NCBI GenBank assembly: GCA_012797845.1
Contig: JAAZOH010000016.1
Span: 7,733-71,732, forward strand
Source of the DNA: Candidatus Beckwithbacteria bacterium
Lineage (GTDB): Bacteria > Patescibacteriota > Microgenomatia > UBA1400 > UBA1449
Length of the DNA: 64,000 nt
Direction: 5' to 3'
The position numbers and the translations under genes were made by a program. Under the pieces are notes generated by a model. It saw only the letters and a list, made by a program, of their open reading frames with translations, did not search any database and was not told where the DNA came from. Within the stretch, counting starts at the first letter, position 1, and every line of letters starts with the position of its first letter. This document shows positions 47,896-57,241 of this stretch, in pieces.

Positions 47896-50800
47896 TTAAC
47901 TTTTTTCATTCTTATAGTCTATTAAATCTCTTTTTAATTTTTCAATGTCTGTAATTTTTACTTCTCTAACTAACATATTATCAGAGTTTCTTCTTTCAAT
48001 AACTGTAAAATTTATTCCTAGAAAATTATTCAATATTCTTTTAACAATTGGAGAGTCGGGTGTATAACCATACACTCCTATAATAGCATTAATATCATCT
48101 TCTAAATGTTCAATACTAAGAGAATCTACATCTTCTGACAAAAGATTTTCAGTAGCTAACCAATTAATATCTCTAATATTATCCCTCGATGCAAAATCAC
48201 TCCATTGATGTACAATGGCAGAATTGCGTCTTCTTCTATCTCGATCTGGATCGGCACCATTATAAGAAGTATAGTAACTCAAACCTCTTCTTGGATTTGT
48301 TATTATCGAAGCTCCTCCAATATATCCTATAGGATAAGTTTTATTTGTGAGTGTTCCATCTGCTTTTTTTCTAGCCTCTTTGATCATATTGCCTAATTCT
48401 ACATCCTGAGCCACATCTGTTTCGGTATTATAACCACCCACAGCAGCATAAATAGAAGATTTTATGGCAAAATTAGCACCAGAAGAACCAACTATTTTTC
48501 TCTGTTTATCATGTCTGGCTACAGCTTCAAGAAATTGATAAAAACGATTAGCAACATGAAAACCGGGGTATTTGATATAAGCTTCTGGATTCCATTCAAT
48601 TTTTCCAAGAGCTCCATCTTGATGTTTTTTAGATGGGTTGTCAAAATTATTAATAATTGAACTAACATAGCTCCTAGAAATAAGTTCTGCATCCGCATCA
48701 TTTGCAACTAATAGGAGATCATTATTTAATGGGTTATCCCGTTTTTGCGAACGTAATAATGCCATGTCTGATACATATTTAGAAATAACCCCCATATTAG
48801 GCCTTTTTTCTGGAAATATTTTCTCGATTACTCTAATTTTTACCTCTGGATGATCTCTTTTGAATCTTTCTACTTCATCCTTAGTTTTGTCTGGAGTAGA
48901 ACTTGACGGTCTATTTAAAAATAATATTATTTCAAAATCATTAGGATTTAATTCATCCCCAGCTAGATCTGTTTGATCTGCATATTGAAGAAGAGTATTA
49001 TATATGTTTTCCCCTTCTTGATGCGAGGCTGCAGCAATACAAATAGCCACTCTACACGAATTACTCATTGGTTCATTTATTGCCGAATCCATATTATTAA
49101 GCTCTTCCAGATAACTTCTTTCTTGTTGTCTAAAATACCATCCTATTTCTTGGTTGGGATTCAGGATAATTTCTGGATTCCTACTTAACCTAGGAGAACG
49201 TCTTGATTTATAAAAATCCTTTCTTTCTTGACTAACTTCATAACCTTGATAATAAATTAACAAGTCTTTTCTCAGCAAATCTTCTAGTGGATATCTCCAT
49301 TCTAATGGTGTCGGGATAAGTGGAGCAGATTCAAAAGGTGGAGTTAGTTCAAATGCAGTTGGCAGTTTGGCTTCCAAATTAAATACTTCTTGAACTGCTG
49401 ATTCACCATGAGGTATCGCAGTCAAAATGGTTTCACCTGGAGTTTCTGCTGTAGTTCTGATAGTTTCCAATCCCTTACCAACTACGGTTGATAAAATTGT
49501 TCTCCTCCCATCAGCTTGACGGTGGGCAATTTCCAAAAAAGCTGCTTCTAAAGAAACTTTATTATCAACTACTTTAATAAGTTGACTTAGATCTGTTCCG
49601 GGAGGAACTATAAGATGGCCATCTGGAGACATTTGAGCTACTATCACTTCTTTGGCTCCTTTAAATGGAGTAAATAAAACTTCAAAATTTTGATAGATTC
49701 GACTCCCATCAGGCTTGGTGATAATATCCCCAGCCAATCGCGCGTATTCTGGATCAATTGAGCTATCCCAATTTAGTCCTCCTTCGGGTACTAAATTAGA
49801 TACCATTTTGGACATATCCACCTCTGCTGAACCATCTTTAAGAGCATGAAAGTAGGTTAAGAGTTCTTTACCATCTGCTCCAACCAATTTTCCTGCTTCG
49901 TTATAGTGCATTGGAGTATTATTGAAATGCCATAATAATTTTTTAGCTTTATCAATAGTTTGTCCAAGTCCTCTAAAATGGTCTAAAACTGGAGCATCTT
50001 TACTTACAATCTGACCTGATCCCGGAGTTTGATCCAAGTGAGTAGTAAAATCAACTCGATCTAATACCTGATGGGCTTGTCCAAGATCAATACCTGGATT
50101 ATCTTTTGGCAAAAAAGTAAGGGATCCATCACCAGCAATAGTCCCATGAAGAGAAATCCGTGGACCGTGCCAAGCTGTTCCTGGTTGAATAATAACATCA
50201 TGACCATTAACGGTCATAGTTAGCCCTGCTTTCATTCCTTCTGCTGAACCAAAAGTTTTAGTACCTCCAGCTGTAACTACTTCTTTGACTTTTTCTAAAA
50301 GCGATGGAGTATTTACAGTAGTTTTTTCAATCACTCCTACTCCAAAACCACGATTTTTCAAAATATCATGAAGAGAAGAAAGCTTTGATTGATCTCCAGT
50401 AAACTGCAGGGATTCACCTGTTAGTTTACTTACGCCAATATTATCACCACTGTAGGCATCGGCTACAAAAACCTGCTGCCCATGGTTGAGATCAAGATTG
50501 AGCCGTAAACCTTCATGTTCAAAAACCGTAGACTGACCCTGAGCCGCAGCTTCCCGAACTTGTTCTTGAAGTGAATGAGAGACTGTTTCAGTTTTACCCC
50601 AACTACCAATAATATCTTTGACGGAGACCGGTAAATTTTCTGGATTACCGGAAATGATCAGCTTGCCATTTGGTTGTGAAAATATTTTTGGTAAACCAGT
50701 CAAAGGTTGATTGGTAGTAGTATCAACTAAAGTGAGTGAGTGATCAGGGTTTATCAGTGCTTTGACATGTTCACCAAAGTTCATTTCTCCACCACTACCA

Positions 50801-53253
50801 CTTTGTTGATATAACTCAGCTAAACTAGCAATATTAGGTCCTTGGGGCCGATCACCAATATGTAACCAGCTTTCTACTGCCGTTTGACCTGTTCCACCAA
50901 GATGAATACCAGCACTATCCAAACCTCTAGCAGCTAAAGCAATTCCCTCCTGAGAGAGAATACCACCAACTAAAGCTGTAGCTCCTCCAAATGCTCCAGC
51001 TTTAACCGCTTGCCCAAGTCGATAGCTATTGAAAGCTTTATCTTTTTCTTCCTTAGTTTCTGAATATCTTTGCATCAGTTCTTGTTCTGCTATATCCAGC
51101 TCTCTAGTAATTTGAGCTGTAGCTTCAGCTCTTTTTTGTTCAAGAGTTTTATTGGGATCGATATCTTGAGCTATACGCGCTTCAATCAATTGTTGTTTAG
51201 CTTCAACTACCACTTTAACCAGTTCAAGTCGCTGTGAAGCTGTTGAGTAGCGACCAACTTCTGGAGTATTAGTATCAAAAGAAATTAAATCAGTTTTAGT
51301 TTCAATGCCAAAGTTGATCCTGGCATTAATTTCAGCAGCTTTTTTAAGCAGAGCCTCTCGATGTTCTTGCTCACTTAAATCTTGACTAATTAAAGCATCC
51401 ATTTGACCTAATAAGCCTTTAGCAGTAACCCGAACCTTATCCTCATCAAGCATATTACTAAATTCATTAAGCCTATCTCTTCGAGGAGTAGGTGTGTCTC
51501 CAGGGTAAAATCCAGCTGCGCTTTCTAGTTCTTGCATTTCTCTGTCGTTTTTAAGATCGGTCCAACGCCGTAATCCAGCAAACACTGCTCCAGTTGTAGC
51601 TCCTATAGCCAGTCCAATTCCAGGTACTTTAGCTGCCAAACCTGAAGCGCTACTACCTGCTCTTAATACTGAACGCACCCCACCACTAGCTAATCCTGAT
51701 ATAACTCCAATTGCTAAAGGATTAGCTAGCCAACCTCTAAATTTACCTGACTTAGTCCAATTCATGTAGCGTTCAATTTTACTAAAGTCAGCATCAGTAC
51801 TTGTTGCCATAAAAGCTCGACCAAATTGAATAGTCAACATATCATCAAGTCGACCTAAAACATCATGACCAGCTTCTTGCCATCCCTTGACTTCCTCAGC
51901 TATGTCTTTAATATTGGCCGCTATAAAATCAGAGTTTTTAACATAATCAGGAATATCATCTATAGCTTTAATACTTTCAACTAGTTCTTCAACTTTTTGA
52001 TCAAGTTCTTCAGGTCTAATGTTTCCTTGAGCATATTCAGAAATCAAGCCTTGTATACCTTGTTGGACTTCATTACTTAGATTAACTTCTGCCGTTTCTC
52101 CAGAAAAAGTTTTTACCTCATCTCTTCCTATCATCCCAAATCGTTCTAATGTAGACCGAGACTGAGTTTCAGCCAACCTTTTACCTTGATTAATTTCTCT
52201 AGCTGCCCCAGTCACATCATCAAGTTCTAAAAATTGATGGCCAGCTGTAATTTGAGCTGCCATTAATTCTTGAGTTTTTTTAGTTACAAAATAACGCTCA
52301 AATAATTTGAATCTGATATTGGGTATTGATTTAAGAGCAGCTAAAGGCATTTCATACCACTTTTTAGCTCTTTCGCCCCGCATTTTGTTATGTGTCCAGC
52401 GTAGCGCTGCTTCATAAGCTTGGCGTTTAGCATCATGACTGGTATCAACCAGAGACACTACTAATTTTTCCGGAGGAACAACTGGTTCAGTTACTGTTGG
52501 TGGAACTGGAATGGTTACGGCAGCAGAATCATCTTCATCTCCATTTTCTTCTGGTTCATCTGAATCTCTGCTCGACTCAGGTGGCTCTACAACAATGGGA
52601 GATTCTGGATCTGGGTTATCAGATCTAACTGGTCTTGGTTCAGTTGGAGGATACACCATCCAACGGGAAAGTAAAATTTTATGAGCTTCTATTTTACTTG
52701 GACCAGTAAAATTACCATCTAAACCTCTTTCTACTACTCCCATAGGATCATTAAGTTCCTCCATTTCTTCCAGTTCTTTGACTGCCCGTGCTTCAATTAA
52801 GCTATGTTGCCATGCTTCAGGTAAACTTCCATAACTTTTAAGTTGTTTTTTACCACCACTTGTTAAAGTTCGATAAATCGTATGTAGCCATTCCAATCTT
52901 TCTGGGTTTGGAGTTGCTTTTATCGACTCTCTTTGAATTTCGTTTAAAGTAGTTAATAAAATTTGAGTAACTTGAATTCCTTCGTTATATCGCTTTTTTC
53001 TACCATCATTAGTTTGAACTTCAATCCGCACACCACTAGTTCTTCTTTGTTTAAGCTGCTCACCTCTTTTTTTATTCAATGCTATTTCATATTTAACTTC
53101 ACTAGTCTGTTCACTTGTTGGTAGCTCTTCCAATAATTGTCTACCTTTCTCCAACGCCCAAAAGACTTCTTCTCTTGTAGGCTGATACTCTTGATTACTT
53201 TCAACAGCTCGATTGATTTCAGCATGCTGGTTAGGAGATAAGATTTCAACCAT
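47896..53253 (-). CDS. Giant (1785 aa) multidomain protein with Gly/Ala-rich hydrophobic segments, long coiled coils, and a C-terminal GT-A fold glycosyltransferase-like domain with DxD motif
   Basis: The C-terminal 390 aa read CRVAICIAAASHQEGENIYNTLLQYADQ...FEIILFLNRP ... LLLVANDADAELI ... AAVGGYNTETDVAQDVELG. This is the GT-A/GT2 pattern (Rossmann beta1, DxD, second acidic motif). Mid-protein segments GVISGLASGGVRSVLRAGSSASGLAAKVPGIGLAIGATTGAVFAGL and AGAFGGATALVGGILSQEGIALAARGL are glycine-zipper-like. Confidence 0.6.
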   Translation of the reverse strand: MVEILSPNQHAEINRAVESNQEYQPTREEVFWALEKGRQLLEELPTSEQTSEVKYEIALNKKRGEQLKQRRTSGVRIEVQTNDGRKKRYNEGIQVTQILLTTLNEIQRESIKATPNPERLEWLHTIYRTLTSGGKKQLKSYGSLPEAWQHSLIEARAVKELEEMEELNDPMGVVERGLDGNFTGPSKIEAHKILLSRWMVYPPTEPRPVRSDNPDPESPIVVEPPESSRDSDEPEENGDEDDSAAVTIPVPPTVTEPVVPPEKLVVSLVDTSHDAKRQAYEAALRWTHNKMRGERAKKWYEMPLAALKSIPNIRFKLFERYFVTKKTQELMAAQITAGHQFLELDDVTGAAREINQGKRLAETQSRSTLERFGMIGRDEVKTFSGETAEVNLSNEVQQGIQGLISEYAQGNIRPEELDQKVEELVESIKAIDDIPDYVKNSDFIAANIKDIAEEVKGWQEAGHDVLGRLDDMLTIQFGRAFMATSTDADFSKIERYMNWTKSGKFRGWLANPLAIGVISGLASGGVRSVLRAGSSASGLAAKVPGIGLAIGATTGAVFAGLRRWTDLKNDREMQELESAAGFYPGDTPTPRRDRLNEFSNMLDEDKVRVTAKGLLGQMDALISQDLSEQEHREALLKKAAEINARINFGIETKTDLISFDTNTPEVGRYSTASQRLELVKVVVEAKQQLIEARIAQDIDPNKTLEQKRAEATAQITRELDIAEQELMQRYSETKEEKDKAFNSYRLGQAVKAGAFGGATALVGGILSQEGIALAARGLDSAGIHLGGTGQTAVESWLHIGDRPQGPNIASLAELYQQSGSGGEMNFGEHVKALINPDHSLTLVDTTTNQPLTGLPKIFSQPNGKLIISGNPENLPVSVKDIIGSWGKTETVSHSLQEQVREAAAQGQSTVFEHEGLRLNLDLNHGQQVFVADAYSGDNIGVSKLTGESLQFTGDQSKLSSLHDILKNRGFGVGVIEKTTVNTPSLLEKVKEVVTAGGTKTFGSAEGMKAGLTMTVNGHDVIIQPGTAWHGPRISLHGTIAGDGSLTFLPKDNPGIDLGQAHQVLDRVDFTTHLDQTPGSGQIVSKDAPVLDHFRGLGQTIDKAKKLLWHFNNTPMHYNEAGKLVGADGKELLTYFHALKDGSAEVDMSKMVSNLVPEGGLNWDSSIDPEYARLAGDIITKPDGSRIYQNFEVLFTPFKGAKEVIVAQMSPDGHLIVPPGTDLSQLIKVVDNKVSLEAAFLEIAHRQADGRRTILSTVVGKGLETIRTTAETPGETILTAIPHGESAVQEVFNLEAKLPTAFELTPPFESAPLIPTPLEWRYPLEDLLRKDLLIYYQGYEVSQERKDFYKSRRSPRLSRNPEIILNPNQEIGWYFRQQERSYLEELNNMDSAINEPMSNSCRVAICIAAASHQEGENIYNTLLQYADQTDLAGDELNPNDFEIILFLNRPSSSTPDKTKDEVERFKRDHPEVKIRVIEKIFPEKRPNMGVISKYVSDMALLRSQKRDNPLNNDLLLVANDADAELISRSYVSSIINNFDNPSKKHQDGALGKIEWNPEAYIKYPGFHVANRFYQFLEAVARHDKQRKIVGSSGANFAIKSSIYAAVGGYNTETDVAQDVELGNMIKEARKKADGTLTNKTYPIGYIGGASIITNPRRGLSYYTSYNGADPDRDRRRRNSAIVHQWSDFASRDNIRDINWLATENLLSEDVDSLSIEHLEDDINAIIGVYGYTPDSPIVKRILNNFLGINFTVIERRNSDNMLVREVKITDIEKLKRDLIDYKNEKS
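47899..49065 (-). other. GT-A (DxD) glycosyltransferase-like domain at the C-terminus of the 1785-aa protein
   Basis: Motifs listed above; coordinates approximate (last ~388 codons). Confidence 0.45.
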
Positions 53254-53256
53254 ATC

Positions 53257-53667
53257 TTAGTTTGCTGAAGAATTTTGTGACATAGACTGAGGCTCAGATT
53301 TTGTTTCTTGGATATCACTTAAAAAGAAATTGCGAAAATCCATAAAACTCTGGGCAAATACCTCTTTAGCATTGGGGATTTTTTCAGTGATAAACTGTTC
53401 CATTTCCTGTTTACCTTTACCGGATTGAACTAGTTCAATAAATTGATCAACTTGCTCTGGCTGCATGTTTTCGATAGCATCAGCTATGATTTTTTTCTCA
53501 AGTCTGGCATATAAATCTCCAATCATGGCAGCTTTAAGATCATCAGTCAAAACCATACCCGCATCCTCGAGTAATTGATTAAGAAAAGCCTCAATATCTG
53601 ATGGGATTTGTTCTACAGGTGAACTAGCTTGGGTATGACTAGTATTTTGATCGTTAGTATCATTCAT
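53257..53667 (-). CDS. Small acidic protein (136 aa) immediately upstream of and translationally adjacent to the 1785-aa gene; chaperone/adaptor candidate
   Basis: A 3-nt gap to the giant gene and acidic composition. Function is inferred only from size, charge and position. Confidence 0.4.
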   Translation of the reverse strand: MNDTNDQNTSHTQASSPVEQIPSDIEAFLNQLLEDAGMVLTDDLKAAMIGDLYARLEKKIIADAIENMQPEQVDQFIELVQSGKGKQEMEQFITEKIPNAKEVFAQSFMDFRNFFLSDIQETKSEPQSMSQNSSAN

Positions 53668-53715
53668 AAAAAGCCTCCTTTATACTAGAATAGTATAAAG
53701 ATAAAAATAAAGTCA

Positions 53716-54459
53716 ATGACTTCTGTTATCAAAATTATTTCCAGTATATTGCAAAACATTGGTTTGATATCAATGTATTGGTTAGTGTTTTTATGTCTTA
53801 TACAACTATTACTTTTATATCTACTCACAAGATATTATTTAGGAAGTTTATACCGATTTTTTTTATTAATTACTAAGTCATCGAATTGGGCTATGAGGTT
53901 TTCAGCTGTTTTTTTATTACCAGGTACTGTTATCCACGAACTATCTCACTATTTAGTAGCAGAAATTCTTCAAGTTCGTACAGGAAACATTAATTTATAT
54001 CCTGCTAAAAATGAGGAGGGTAAATTACGCCTTGGCAGTGTAGCTATTGCTCAAACCGATCCATTTCGGAAAATTTTAATTGGTACTGCGCCATTATGGA
54101 CAGGCTTGGGTATAATAGCTGCTCTAATATATATCATTGTAGATAAAATACCGCCACTTTTTTTCTTGATTCTGATTTTCACTGCTATTTTTTTAATTGC
54201 TAGTACTATGTTCTCTTCCAAAAAAGATCTGACCGATATGTTTGTCCCTACTTTTTTACTTTTTATTATTTGGCTGTTTTTATACCTGACTAAAACTGCT
54301 TTACCTGAAGCAGTTATCACTTTTTTTTCTCATATACTCATTAGCCTCAACTTAGGCTTATTGGTTACGCTTGCCATTTATCTTATATTTTTATGTTTGC
54401 TTTATATGGCAACTCGTTTATTCAGTCTGATTTTAAAAAGAAAAATTATTACCAAATAA
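53716..54459 (+). CDS. Polytopic membrane protein with HExxH zinc-binding motif (HELSHYLVAE); putative membrane metallopeptidase (DUF3267-like)
   Basis: HExxH embedded after the second TM helix; 5-6 TM helices. Confidence 0.45.
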   Translation: MTSVIKIISSILQNIGLISMYWLVFLCLIQLLLLYLLTRYYLGSLYRFFLLITKSSNWAMRFSAVFLLPGTVIHELSHYLVAEILQVRTGNINLYPAKNEEGKLRLGSVAIAQTDPFRKILIGTAPLWTGLGIIAALIYIIVDKIPPLFFLILIFTAIFLIASTMFSSKKDLTDMFVPTFLLFIIWLFLYLTKTALPEAVITFFSHILISLNLGLLVTLAIYLIFLCLLYMATRLFSLILKRKIITK

Positions 54460-54505
54460 ATCACATGCAAATGACTACCTCTACTTCTCTTGATACAATA
54501 AGTCT

Positions 54506-57241
54506 ATGGTAGACTCTTCTCCACAATTGCAATTACGTGATCAGGCTCAAGCTCGAGCTTTAATTACCCTACTACTCTCTGATCAGAAAGAACCTTTTAC
54601 TATCAATACTCAGCCGTATTCTAGACAGCAATGCTTAGAGGCTTTGCAGGCATATTTAACATCAACCTTAGAAAGACAATGGACTATAGATCAACTTGAT
54701 AATGCCACTGAACTTTCAAAGATTGAAGCCGAATTAGAGGCTTCTTATGAAGAAGAAATTGAAGCTCCAAGTCTGCCTCAAAATTTACAAGAATTGATTC
54801 ATTTTCAAAAAGAAGCAGCTGAACGCAGACAAACTTTGGCAGCCCATAAAGATCTTGACTTAGCTCACATCTCAGTTAAACAAAATGTGGCTTTAGCTCA
54901 AAAATATCGAGAACTACTCGAAAAAGCTAAAGCTTTTAGTCAGGATTCCAGTAATTTAAAAACTGAGGTTGAAACACAAACGATTCAAGAGCGATTGGGC
55001 CGTCAATCAGAAATTGGTAAAGAACTACAAGACAGTTCACTTGCCTATGGTACGCAAATTGCCTTAGAAGAAATCGGTGAACAACTAGTTCGATCAACTG
55101 ATCCAAAGCAAGCCACCATAAATGATCAAGCTGTAAGTTCCAAAATAGCCCTAGATCCTAGAATGGGAACACAAGCAACTAATCCGGTTTTGTATCAAGA
55201 AATACGCAAAACTATTAATCGGCTCAATGAAAACCCTCAACAAAAAAAGCAATTTAGAGATGCCTATATACTTCATAAAGCGGCTCTAGCTGCTACCACC
55301 CCAACCTATACTCAGCTTATCGATGTGTTTGAAGGCGAGGGCCATATGTCAAGAGCTCAAGCTCGACATGCTATGAGTTATTTTACGACTCTAATTGAAA
55401 GTGGTGTGGTCTATAATCAAGCTTTTTTTGAAGCCGGTGAGAGAGCCAGTTCTGGTTTTCAAAGACTAGTTTCGCAAAAATATTACCGTAACCCTAGTTT
55501 ATACAGCCATCTCTTTAGAGGTTTAGAGCAATATCAGCAATACCGCCCAGGCGTACGTAACAATCAAGGTATTATCAATTCTCAAACTGAGCTAACTAGT
55601 CAAGTTGGCAAAGGTGAAAGTACTATCACTTTAGATCAGCTCACAGAAATGATTAATAGGGGATTAGCTCCAGGAGAAGAAGTTTCTCCCACCCAAGTTT
55701 TAGTCCATTTTATGGGTGGCCAAGATGTATTTTATGCAAGTAGTCAAACATTGATTGACAGCCTAGATTCTAATGAAGAACAAAAGAAGCTTCGTTCTTT
55801 CTTATTAGATCAGCAAACTGACTTTACCAATAGTTCTCATAGAATTAGCCAATCAATTACTCATCAAGGTGGTTTTATATCTCAATTTTCTTCCAGTTTC
55901 AAACCGGTCGAACGCCATCAATTTTCGGCTTTTTCACTACTCACTGTTACTGCTTCCAGTATGGCTACAACTGGTTTTGCTTTTGCTACCCACACTGATA
56001 CCAGCAGTTTTAATCTTTTTAGAAATACTAATAATTTTTTAAACAACTCTTTATCTGGTAGATTAGTCAACTATGGCATGGGTAAGGTAGGTGAATGGGC
56101 TCTTGGAGCCGCAGCTTCCACTGGTCTTAAAAAAACTTTTGGTAAGTTAGCAGTTGGTGGCTTAACTAAATTGGCAGGAGCTTTGGGAGTTAATATCATA
56201 CCAGTTGTTGGTCAAGCTGTGTCCGCAGTCATGCTAGCCAAACAAATAGTCGACATTGCCGAACAGCTTCCGGTTGTAGGAAAGGCAGTAGGTTTCGGAA
56301 AGAGATTTTGGTGGGTCTTACCTGCAACTTTACTAGCTGGATTAATTGCTCTTATTGCTAAATTACTCAACTTAATTCTTTCTATTGCTGGGACTGTTGG
56401 ACCTCCAATGCTTATTTTAGGATTAGCAACTGCTAATCCTCTTTTAATAATTCCTGGTCTTGCTTTGACTGTGATTGGTCACTGGCCTACTATTAGTAAG
56501 TTTTTTAGTAATCTTTTTCAGGGTGCTAATAATCTTGGTACTAAGGTTTTAAATCTCTTTGGGGCAGGGGCTTCTGAAGCTGCTAGTGGCGGCATGTTCC
56601 CTGCTTTTGTTCATGCCCCGCTTATAGCTGTGGGGGCAGTTGGTATAACCACAACTTTTTTGTATATCAACCTTATTTCAGCATTTCGATTACCTCCATT
56701 TGATACATTACAAGATGTCTATAATAAAATTGATAATTTAACCCAGTTTGAGCCAGGTATGCCTGAATGTTGGCCAGTTAGCGGGTATGTCACCCAAGGT
56801 ATGAATACTGGAGATAGCCATACTGGAGTGGTGCTTAATTCTATCGATATTGGCGGTAACGATGGAGCAGATGTTCACGCAACTCACAATGGAGTAGTAG
56901 TAGAAGCCGGATGGAATAGTACTGGCTATGGAAAACTGGTTCGGATTGAGGGTACAACTGGAGGACTTCCTTTTACAACCTATTATGCTCATCTTGAAAC
57001 TATCACTGTAAACGAAGGAGCTACAGTTAAAAAAGGCCAAGTTATCGGCACAGTTGATAGTACCGGTAATTCTGAAGGCCCACATTTACATTATGAATTG
57101 CGAGGTTTGGGTTCAATAGCGGATACTATTTTACTGTCCGGATGCATCGATGAAGCAAGTGCTGATAGAATTGAAAACGGAAAGTGTATTGGCCAAGCAA
57201 GCTGTAATTTTACTATTAGTCAAATTGTCCAACCAGAATGA
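54506..57241 (+). CDS. 911-aa protein: N-terminal coiled-coil region, central hydrophobic segments, C-terminal M23 (LytM/lysostaphin-type) peptidase domain
   Basis: M23 signature HTGVVLNSIDIGG (HxxxD) ... YYAHLE ... GPHLHYELR (HxH) in the last ~160 aa. Confidence 0.7.
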   Translation: MVDSSPQLQLRDQAQARALITLLLSDQKEPFTINTQPYSRQQCLEALQAYLTSTLERQWTIDQLDNATELSKIEAELEASYEEEIEAPSLPQNLQELIHFQKEAAERRQTLAAHKDLDLAHISVKQNVALAQKYRELLEKAKAFSQDSSNLKTEVETQTIQERLGRQSEIGKELQDSSLAYGTQIALEEIGEQLVRSTDPKQATINDQAVSSKIALDPRMGTQATNPVLYQEIRKTINRLNENPQQKKQFRDAYILHKAALAATTPTYTQLIDVFEGEGHMSRAQARHAMSYFTTLIESGVVYNQAFFEAGERASSGFQRLVSQKYYRNPSLYSHLFRGLEQYQQYRPGVRNNQGIINSQTELTSQVGKGESTITLDQLTEMINRGLAPGEEVSPTQVLVHFMGGQDVFYASSQTLIDSLDSNEEQKKLRSFLLDQQTDFTNSSHRISQSITHQGGFISQFSSSFKPVERHQFSAFSLLTVTASSMATTGFAFATHTDTSSFNLFRNTNNFLNNSLSGRLVNYGMGKVGEWALGAAASTGLKKTFGKLAVGGLTKLAGALGVNIIPVVGQAVSAVMLAKQIVDIAEQLPVVGKAVGFGKRFWWVLPATLLAGLIALIAKLLNLILSIAGTVGPPMLILGLATANPLLIIPGLALTVIGHWPTISKFFSNLFQGANNLGTKVLNLFGAGASEAASGGMFPAFVHAPLIAVGAVGITTTFLYINLISAFRLPPFDTLQDVYNKIDNLTQFEPGMPECWPVSGYVTQGMNTGDSHTGVVLNSIDIGGNDGADVHATHNGVVVEAGWNSTGYGKLVRIEGTTGGLPFTTYYAHLETITVNEGATVKKGQVIGTVDSTGNSEGPHLHYELRGLGSIADTILLSGCIDEASADRIENGKCIGQASCNFTISQIVQPE
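56758..57238 (+). other. M23 peptidase domain
   Basis: HxxxD and HxH zinc-ligand motifs with the conserved spacing. Confidence 0.65.
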
